From: Octopus vulgaris
Lineage: Eukaryota
Length of the DNA stretch: 64,000 nucleotides
Direction of reading: 5' to 3'
Assembly (NCBI GenBank): GCA_951406725.2
Contig: OX597823.1
Coordinates: 4,278,001 to 4,342,000 of the forward strand
Each line of letters opens with the position of its first letter. The first letter of the stretch is position 1. The notes under the pieces are model-generated. The model was not told the DNA's origin and searched no databases. It worked only from the letters and a program-made list of their open reading frames with translations. A program made the translations under genes and the position numbers. This document shows, piece after piece, positions 54,426 to 64,000 of this stretch.

Positions 54426-55463
54426 ACTTTGATACTTTGATACTTTGATAGGTTTCGGCCATTATTGGCCCAGGCCATGTCTAACTTAATAGCACCACCT
54501 GGTGAAGTCTTTCAAGTCAGAATTTGGGCACTATGGCCCACTCAAGTAGAGAGTTATTGTTTACAGAGACATATCCGGGTGTAGGGGGTTTATCCGGGAT
54601 TTCTTGAAGGAATCTGTCCAAAGACTTCTTGAACCCTATAGGGTCAGTTTCTGTTTTAATGTGTTTTGGTGTAATGTTAAAGAGAGCGGGGCCAATTGAG
54701 GTGAAATAATTGTGCCGTATTGTTGTTATGAGATGAGAGTGCGATTTTTGTTTTGGGCGGATGGCACGGGGCCCAAGCCTTGGATGTACCTTAAAGGTGA
54801 TGCCAACATCATTTGGGCAATGCTGATGGAATATTTTCCACATCATGCAGATGATGTAGCGCTCACGACGACGTTGGAGAGAATAGAGTTTTAGCTTTTC
54901 TAGTCGACCCCAATAGTCGAGGCCTGTCATGCCATCTATCTTTTTGTGATTGCCCTTTGAGGTGCTTCGACTTTTTTGATACCTTGTATTGTGTGGGGAG
55001 ACCACAGTGGACAACAGTATTCAAGGTGGGGTCGGGCAAAAGTGGAGAAGAGAAGGATAATGGTGTGGATATCTCTCGACTGGAAAGTTCTGAGAATCCA
55101 GGAACACATTCTGCGGGCCATGTCAACTTTGGTGTTTATATGAGTGGCCCAGCTTACGTTGTTGTCCACAATTACTCCCAAGTCTCTGATGTTGTTGGAC
55201 GCCGCGAGAGTTTCACCTGAAGGAAGGGAGTATGGGAGTTTCAGGGCATCCTCTTTTCCAAAGTGGATTAGCTCAAATTTATCCTCGTTCAGCAGCATAT
55301 TGTTTTTTTCTGCCCATTGGATAACAGCCAGTAGATCTGACTGAAGGCATGTCCGGTCACTCGCCTCATTTATGACCTTCTGTAGCTTGGAGTCATCTGC
55401 AAAGATTTTTATGTTGCTGTGCTTGATGATGTCATTAATGTCATTAATGTAAATGATGAAAAG
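54426..55463 (-). mobile_element. CR1 3' fragment, near-identical inverted copy of 51410-52441
   Basis: Same peptide, split by a 1-nt deletion in a homopolymer near 54940. Confidence 0.92.
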
Positions 55464-55496
55464 ATATATATTTATATATATATATATTTATATATA

Positions 55497-55542
<46 letters not shown>

Positions 55543-55550
<8 letters not shown>

Positions 55551-55732
55551 ATGTTACATTACTCGGTAGTCAAGATAAAACTCTGAGTTTCAGATGCCGA
55601 AGTGGAAATCCACAACACCATCTCTTCGGTTATCTGGCCTAATAACCGAAGAGATGGTGTTGTGGATTTCCACTTCGGCATCTGAAACTCAGAGTTTTAT
55701 CTTGACTACCGAGTAATGTAACATATTGTATA
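55543..55732. repeat. Perfect 91-bp inverted repeat with 8-nt spacer
   Basis: 55543-55633 is the reverse complement of 55642-55732; spacer CTGGCCTA. Confidence 0.95.
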
Positions 55733-55821
55733 GATAAATTTCCTCTATTTACATAATATTGAGGTCTCTTTCTTTCTTTTGTTATCTTACCGTTTTATCA
55801 ATATATATATATATATATATA

Positions 55822-56169
55822 AGACTTCTTGAACCCTATAGGGTCAGTTTCTGTTTTAATGTGTTTTGGTGTAATGTTAAAGAGAGCGGGGCCAATTGAG
55901 GTGAAATAATTGTGCCGTATTGTTGTTATGAGATGAGAGTGCGATTTTTGTTTTGGGCGGATGGCACGGGGCCCAAGCCTTGGATGTACCTTAAAGGTGA
56001 TGCCAACATCATTTGGGCAATGCTGATGGAATATTTTCCACATCATGCAGATGATGTAGCGCTCACGACGACGTTGGAGAGAATAGAGTTTTAGCTTTTC
56101 TAGTCGACCCCAATAGTCGAGGCCTGTCATGCCATCTATCTTTTTTGTGATTGCCCTTTGAGGTGCTTC
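55822..56169 (-). mobile_element. CR1 internal fragment (third copy)
   Basis: Repeats 54622-54968 almost exactly; ends in (TA)n on one side and abuts the RTE on the other. Confidence 0.9.
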
Positions 56170-56170
56170 A

Positions 56171-57710
56171 ACATATGCGGAAACTGGAGATTGAAGAATG
56201 GCTAATAAGGGCTGTACAGGCTCTATACAGAGAGGCTGTTAGCAAGGTTAGGATTGGCAACGAATATAGTGAAGAATTCCGAGTAGAAGTAGGTGTGCAC
56301 CAGGGCTCAGCCCTCAGTCCCCTTTTGTTCATCATAGTCCTTCAAGCAATAACAGAGGAATTCAAAACGGGATGCCCCTGGGAGCTCCTCTATGCCGATG
56401 ACCTAGCTCTCATAGCAGAATCACTACCGGAACTAGAAGAGAAATTTCGGGTATGGAAGCAAGGGTTGGAATCAAAGGGCCTTAGAATAAATGTAGCAAA
56501 GACCAAAGTATTAGTAAGCAGCAAGAGGTACTCAACACACATCCCCTCGGGTAGGTGGCCCTGCTCAACCTGTAGGAAAGGTACAGGTAGAAACTCCATA
56601 AGATGCACCCAATGTAAGTTATGGACACATAAGAGGTGCAGCAACATTAAAGGGAAATTAACAGATAAGATAGCTTTCATGTGCGGCAGATGCACAGGGA
56701 CAATAGACACAACAGACACTCAGAAAACAGATTCCATCACACTCCAGGGAGAGAAACTAGAAGTAGTTGATAGTTTCCGCTACCTGGGAGACCAAGTTAG
56801 TAGCGGAGGTGGATGCACAGAGAGTATCACCACTAGAATACGAATAGCCTGGGCAAAGTTCAGAAAGCTCCTACCCCTACTGGCAACAAAAGGCCTCTCC
56901 CTCAGAGCAAGAGGTAGATTGTATGATGCATGTGTGCGAACTGCCATGCTTCACGGTAATGAAACATGGGCTGTGACTGCAGAAGACATGCGTAGACTTG
57001 AAAGAAATGAAGCTAGCATGATCCGCTGGATGTGTAGTGTCAGTGTGCACGCAAAACAGAGTGTAAGTATCCTGAGAGAAATGCTGGATATAAGAAGCAT
57101 CAGATGTGGTGTGCAAGAGCGACGCTTGTGATGGTATGGTCATGTGCTGCGGATGGATGAAGAGAGATGTGTGAAGAAGTGCCACTCCCAAACAGTTGAA
57201 GGTATCAGGGGGAGAGGTAGACCCAGGAAGACATGGGATGAGGTGGTCAAGCATGACCTCAGAGCATTGGGCCTCACTGAGGCAATGGCGAAGGACCGAG
57301 ATCTCTGGAGATATGCTGTGACTACAAAGACCCGGGCTGCTTTCTGCAGCAATTCCACATACCCCCTACCCATTCTAAGTACCCCGGATCCCCAAAGTAC
57401 CCCGGATCCCCAAAATACCCCGATCCCCAAAGTACCCCGGACCTCGTTGCCCCCGTGCCGCTGACACGTTAAAATGCTCGAACCGATCGTGACGATGCCG
57501 GACCCTCCGGCCCCTGTGCAGGTGGCACGTAAAAAGCACCCAATCCACTCACGGAGTGGTTGGCGTTAGGAAGGGCATCCAGCCGTAGAAACTCTGCCAG
57601 ATTCAGACTGGAGCCTGGAGCGGCCCCTGGCTTCCCAGACCCGGTCAAACCGTCCAACCCGTGCTAGCGCGGAAAGCGGACGTTAAACGATGATGATGAT
57701 GATGATGATG
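56171..57710 (+). mobile_element. Young 5'-truncated RTE LINE (RT C-half, PHD-like finger, 3' UTR)
   Basis: Long ORF with GVHQGSALSPLLF, LYADD, FRYLG and one in-frame TGA at 57129-57131; tail ends (GAT)n; 18-bp tandem repeat AAGTACCCCGGATCCCCA x~4 at 57377-57442. Confidence 0.93.
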
Positions 57711-57724
57711 ATATATATATATAC

Positions 57725-57757
<33 letters not shown>

Positions 57758-57918
57758 CATATATATATATACACACATATATATATATACATATATATAT
57801 ACATACACACATATATATATATACATATATATATATACATATATATACACATATATATACACATATATATATACATATATATACACATATATATACACAT
57901 ATATATATATATATATAT

Positions 57919-58060
<142 letters not shown>

Positions 58061-58252
58061 TTACATATATATATATATACACATACATACATACATGTAT
58101 ACACACACATATATATATTTTGATTTTGATATATATATATACATACATATATATATATACACATACATACATATACATATATATACATACATACATATAT
58201 ATATATACATATATTTACATATATATATATACATATATATACATACATACAT

Positions 58253-58293
<41 letters not shown>

Positions 58294-58298
<5 letters not shown>

Positions 58299-58512
58299 AG
58301 GGTCTAAACAGTTTCTGGCTTTAAGGGTATCGTGAAGGACCTGGTTGGAGGCCCAACCTCCTGAGTTCTTTTAAAGACCTTAGAAAAGCTGAAGGACCAC
58401 TGCAATAAGTGTGTAAATCTGAGAGGGAGAAATGTTGAATAAAATCACAACTGACTGATCCTCCTGTATTTTCTGTTACACAAAGCCAGGAACTTTTTAA
58501 TGCACCCTTGTA
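58294..58512. mobile_element. Mariner-type MITE
   Basis: Imperfect TIRs TAAGGAGGGTCTAAACAGTTTCTGGCTTT / AAAGCCAGGAACTTTTTAATGCACCCTTGTA in TA context. Confidence 0.55.
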
Positions 58513-60795
58513 CGTGTGTGTGTGATCATCGAAGTTATTGCATTCACTTTTCCATGAGTCATTCCCATGCAGTCCACCATGAATACATGTTTGGGCTTCT
58601 TGACACATTTCTCAGTCTTTGTAAACAAAAGGCTCGTTAATACGATAGTGTTTGTTTCCAATGGAAAAGGCAGATTTAAAGCATAAAAGTTTAAAAGTCT
58701 ACAATCCCGAAACTGAAGAACCTGTTAGTAATAAAGAATGGTTCCATCTCCTATTTAGGGAATATCTGGTTCAAATTGTCAGAATAAAATAGACAGAACC
58801 TCGATACTGTGAACTTGGTGCAAAAACATGTTTGATGATGGTGAAATATTACCTTGCTTAGAAACAGGTGAGGTTTGGTGACAACAAGGACACCCGGCCG
58901 GATAAAATCTGCCTCAACAAATTCCGTCTTACCCTTGCAAGCATGAAAAGTGGGCGTTAAAACGATAGCGGTGTGTCTGTGTGTCCTTGTATTGACATCG
59001 TTTGATGGTTGTGAACAAGCGTTAATGTTCGTTTCCAAGCTTCCATGCAAAACAATTCTGGCCATGGGAAAATATTGCCTTGGCAACAGGAAGGATATCT
59101 GACCATCGAATATCTGCAGCATGAATTCCGTCTGACCCATGACAGCAAAGATAAGTGGACGTTAAATGATGATGAGGAGGACGATGATGATATCTTTTTA
59201 TAAAAGAGGGATATTGTGAAGTGGGGAGGTGTCTTGTTTACAAGTTATCGACTTTACACTACATCCTTTTTAATTAACAAGAAGTGTTGTACAGATCAGT
59301 CTCGGGAGTTCTAGTCTAGTTTGACGGGTCCGGTTCAGTATTTGATTCACTGAAAGGTCGACTTGATATTTTACTGCCAGGAATAAAACGAAACCCCGAT
59401 CAATCGATTTAAAGTCCTTCCCACCACACTTGGGTTCACGTCAACCCAAAAGAAAGCATTTGGAGTGATCTCCCTTTAGTTGTGCTTTTAAAAAAAATAT
59501 TCTCGACTGAGATCTAGGTTTTTAATTAGATATTCTGTTGATGTTACCTGTTCTGCATCTAACTTTTATTTAATCATAGTCTAATATATGCACTATACAC
59601 TGCTGATAAAGAAATTAGTACGCGAATAGATTACACTTTTATTTTTAAATACGAATGGAAAAAAATTTAATTGGTGTAAATAAATGTATAGTAATGGGTA
59701 ACTATTGATTAAACACAGTCAAAGACCAAGAAAAATAGTAGAAAAATTCACCAAACTTAATAGTCGAATTGGGTTCAAGGAGAAATGAGATGATATTTAA
59801 CGCTATCGTCGAAGATGGGACCCATCTATTTTATTCTTACAATACAACCACATACATTGCCGGCAATTTATATATAAAATCAGAAATATTGCATTTCTAA
59901 ATCTCTCAGAGACAGAGTTATACAGTAGCAGCACCGTAAAGTGATGGTTTGTTGCCAACTTAATGTGGAAGTCCCAGGAAGGGGAAGAATGTTACTGCTA
60001 TTTAGTCCCAGGACATTTGCTCTAATTACTATTGATTACTTTTTTAATTTAATCTTCATATTCAATAGTGAAGGTCTTTAAGGAACGGATATAATAGATA
60101 ATGAAATGAAACCAGTTACATTCCGCATTCTTTTGAAGTCGATCGTCTTCGAAAAGGACATACTGGATAAGGTTGTCCGAAGTACCGTGTTCAGTGATGT
60201 GACGGGATGGTCACGGCTGGAACGTTTTTAATTATAGGTTATCTCGATCAGGGATGGCCCGTGGCTAATATTAAATATTGTGGTCTTAGGTGTAGGTGAC
60301 TGTATCAAGGGATGAGATGGGATGGTCACAGCTAAGATATCTTTAATTATACGTCTTCTCCAATAGAAACGGCATTGAATTTCGGAGAAAAGGCCTCCAA
60401 GTTTCTGGATATGAAATAAATGGTGTTGAGGCTTTCACACTGCTTCTAGGATATTATCCTAGAGGCAGTGAGTGTAAATAGAAAGATTTAAAACAGGAAC
60501 TGGAAACAAGGTCGTGGACTCGCCTCACCAGGAATCCTGAAATTTCAAAACAGTAAAACATACTGATTCGAAGAATTCAAGGAAGAGAGGGAATGGAATG
60601 GAATAACATGTCAAAACCTGCATGATAAACGTGTGTCAATTTATAATACTAACGTTTTCCCGTAGTTATTAGTTAGTATTCAGTTATATTTAGTTATACC
60701 ACTAACGATCGTCCGTAGTTATTATATTTCCATCTTCAAATTCAACCGGTTTTTAGAGAAAACGGAAATGAAGATTATAATACAATTTCACTTAC

Positions 60796-60904
60796 CTATC
60801 TTTTCTATCCGTCCACCTTTTAATTTCTCGGGGAAAGTCACTTTGTGACGAATTAATTTTAGCGATAATTCCTTCATAGAAGAAAGCATGCTTTTGACAC
60901 CCAT
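60796..60904 (-). CDS. TIMM29: TIM29 exon 1 (basic, presequence-like N-terminus)
   Basis: ATG at 60904; MGVKSMLSSMKELSLKLIRHKVTFPEKLKGGRIEKI-G|gtaagt; phase 1 joins exon 2 to give about 202 aa; start could be a downstream Met. Confidence 0.85.
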
Positions 60905-62312
60905 GACTACATGTGTTTGGGTCTGTTAGCTTTGCATATAAATATGTGTATGTGAGTGCATGTGTTGGGGTGACCTTTCGCTTGTGGGATGGGTAACTAC
61001 GGTGTTGAAAGCGAAGGAAATGAAGTTGAGAATCTACAAAAAGAAATCCGGATATTCCGAGAAAACGAAACGAATAAGCATGGAAGACAGACGTCTAACT
61101 CCATTCCTAAGTTTTTATTCTGTAAACTTTTACTTTTCGAAAGAAGTTATTAATTTATAATTATTTGTAATTACTTTTACAAGAGAAACGCAAATACATT
61201 GGTGTCGTTTTACGGGAGAAATGGAAAGATATATGATATTGTTTTGTTTTTTTTAAATCTGGGCACAAGACAGTGATGGGATTAACCGATACCATTGATT
61301 CAAGTCCTTGACTGGTATTTTATTTTATCGGTTGCTAAAGGATGAAAAGTAAAGTTGGCTCCAGCTGGATTTGCACCCAGAACGTAAGGAGCCAGAAAAC
61401 AGAAGTTTATAATAGAAACATTTAATAACTTAGCTTTAAGTATTTACTTATTCGTTTCGTTTACTCATGACTCCAGAACTTGATAAATTTCTTTTCTATA
61501 AACTTTTAAATAATATTTTTACTTTTCGAAATGAGTTTTCAGTTTTTAATTACTATTGCACGAAAAATTACAAAAGAAATTTCAAGTAATGACTTTAAAT
61601 TACCTATTTATATGCATATATTTATTCGTTTCACTTTTTCCGGATAACCAATACTATTTTTGTACATACCCATATTCGTTATTAATTCTGTTGAAAGCGG
61701 ATATAACCCAAGGATGGGTTATATTTTTACTCAGAAGGATTTGTGTTATGGATGATTTGATGATTTGAAATCGAAAATTATAATAGTTATGTGATGTGAT
61801 ATAACTGCTCAGCAGCTCATAGACATGAAGGGTTTAAAGGTTCAAGAGAAACATTAATTTCACCGGGCTTAGAGGGCCTGCGAAAGCCATGTGGTCTGTC
61901 CTTTCTCCAGACCCGGCAAAATATAAAATGAACTAATATCGACTGAGGATCGAACAGGTTCACAAATTAAATTCACTGTGTCTGTTCATTTTGCTCTCAG
62001 CCTGCTAGAAACAGCAGTCAAATCTTTGTATCAGACGCTCTTGCCTTAAAATAGGAAGGACAGACTGGTTTATGTGATCCTGGTTGCACCTCGCTTGGAT
62101 TTTAAAAATATATATGTAAAATGATTAGGGTCCCAACGACTTTGATCTTTAAAAGCCTGCTCAACAAGGGCTGACAACAAAACTCGTGTGATGTTCATGC
62201 ATTTCTCGGGAGCATTGACTGTAAAATGAAACTATACAGAGGAAAATACACTTCATGGAGTTCAATTCACAGCTCTTTTACTACATTACACCTACTATAA
62301 AATGTTGGTGGG

Positions 62313-62321
62313 AAAAAAAAA
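62313..62321 (-). terminator. Pol III oligo-T terminator of tRNA-Asp
   Basis: T9 run 8 nt downstream of the tRNA on the minus strand. Confidence 0.85.
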
Positions 62322-62328
62322 TATGAGC

Positions 62329-62400
62329 CTCCCCGGCGGGGAATCGAACCCCGGTCTCCCGCGTGACAGGCGGGGATACTTACCACTATACTACCGAGGA
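62329..62400 (-). tRNA. tRNA-Asp (GTC)
   Basis: TCCTCGGTAGTATAGTGGTAAGTATCCCCGCCTGTCACGCGGGAGACCGGGGTTCGATTCCCCGCCGGGGAG; intact cloverleaf and A/B boxes. Confidence 0.98.
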
Positions 62401-63609
62401 CCGGCTGTTAGATTGACTTTCATTTTAGAAAGTCATTCTATTACAACTTTCCCATTTGATATAAATTTAGAAATCCCTTTAAATTCAAACATTTTCTCTT
62501 CTTTCACTACAGAAATATTTTACTAAACATTATTCGTCATCATTTTCGATAACATACGAAGGTAACGTTCCGATGTTTTAAAGAGTTATTCGAGCCAGCC
62601 ACGCCCAAACAAGATATCTGCAATATATAAATGATTATTTGTGCTCTCAAGTTAATAAATTAATCGTTCGACATTCTTCAGTTCAAATCCTTTGGAAGTT
62701 GCAATTATTCATGTCTCTGGAACAGTAATCTATCGATCCGCCTTGCACGAGGCTAGAGTTATAAAAACCAAGGGCATAACTACAGTTCAGTGCCCCGCAA
62801 ATTTGTTTCCTCATAACTTTCTGAAAATGTTGTAATTTTTGATGAAATTTTCCATATATATTTTTTTCGAGGGTGTAGACTACAATTATGCAGAGAAAGT
62901 GCAGAAAGAATTTCTAAATTTGCTAGCTTTAGCATTTTTCACATTTTTTTCCCCAGATATCTATGTTTGAAACATTGACATAATGTAATCTACATTCTCA
63001 AAATATTATTTCTGGAAAATGAATGTCAAAATACATATTTAAAGATAGTTATGAGGAGAGAAGAATGATCTGAGATAGGGAAGAATGGTCTGAAGAGAGA
63101 GGAAGAAAGAGCTGAAACGTCAAAAAAATTGTTTTAGTATCATCAACATAACCTTAATCAACACCTTGAGAGACGTATCACTCATTATTTTTATTAAATA
63201 TGCATGAGGAAACAAAGTGACGCAGGTGGAGGAATGGACCGATCTGTTGTTATGCCGAAAGACTCTGTAGGTCCCATTTAATTTCTCTTGTATTCTTCAT
63301 TGTGCTGAGACAATTCCATCCTTCGGCAGATGACAATAATGAAATTGAGAATTTTAACAGATGTAAAAGTCTTTTAATAACATCTTTGTGCAAGTTTTAA
63401 TGAAATGAGGTAAAGAATTTGCAAAACATTCGATATTTTCTAAGTGTGGTGAAAATGAGCAAAACTTTGTATTTTTGACAAACTTTGAGATTTTATACTT
63501 TCAAGAAGCTGTTTTCTTTTCATTTTATTTCTTTTCTTAAAGAATACAGAAACTCGTCCTCAGTCTTTTAGTGCCATTTTAAAAATCAACCCTTTTTGTG
63601 TGGTTCATA

Positions 63610-63828
63610 GAAAAATAAGTAAGGAGTCCACCAACATCTCTACAAGAACTGGAGACTGTTTTAGCTGAAGAATGGATAAAAATTCCTTTGGAAACAATTC
63701 AAACTTTGTACGAGTCCATAGTTTGTAGAATTCAAGCTGTAATTACTGCCGAAGGCGGTCCTCCCCCATATTAAGATAAATTTGCTTGAAATTTTAAGGT
63801 CTTTCCATTATTTTGTCCAACCCTTGTA
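63610..63828 (+). mobile_element. Tc1 transposase C-terminal remnant with right TIR
   Basis: VRSPPTSLQELETVLAEEWIKIPLETIQTLYESIVCRIQAVITAEGGPPPY-stop, then TTTTGTCCAACCCTTGTA. Confidence 0.75.
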
Positions 63829-64000
63829 TGCCTAAAGCAAATTTTTTTCAGGGGCCCTTAAAATACTATCGTGGATCCTCGATTTACTATTTCATTGCGT
63901 GGGTCCCCGAAAATATTATATGAACCCTTAGGGGCCATATGGATCCCAGTTGAGAACCCCTGATGTAGAGACTGTCACGTTGGGTCAGTTATTTTCAGGG

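Noticed and set aside
63090-63121. CTGAAGA...GAAACGTC hammerhead-like spacing
   Set aside because: The purine-rich intervening sequence cannot form stem II and no stem I is evident.

Overview
AT-rich, microsatellite- and retroposon-dense animal genomic DNA. The repeat complement ((TA)n/(CA)n/(ATT)n runs, tRNA-derived SINEs, RTE tails ending (GAT)n) resembles octopus/coleoid genomes; this is inference. Two convergent protein genes are supported by phase-consistent GT-AG exons. On + are the last 13 exons of a spectraplakin (MACF1/dystonin/Shot: spectrin repeats, EF-hand pair, GAR/GAS2 domain, Ser/Arg-rich tail ending SKIP; 366-36002). On - is a 2-exon TIMM29 (60904-49317), with tRNA-Asp(GTC) about 1.4 kb upstream. 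Mobile DNA includes RTE and CR1-type LINE fragments, a deleted piggyBac and related MITEs, Tc1/mariner remnants, a Helitron-like composite and many SINEs. Most notable: (i) minimal, dimer-type hammerhead ribozyme motifs in four apparently unrelated short repeats, one being a tRNA-headed SINE-like element with a Penelope-style inverted 3' duplication; (ii) a 21.6-kb intron after the GAR domain holding a candidate 6-nt microexon, a 63-nt cassette exon and candidate alternative last exons; (iii) a decayed kinesin-6 motor fragment next to an RTE LINE; (iv) a rearranged cluster of near-identical CR1 pieces within (TA)n in the TIMM29 intron.
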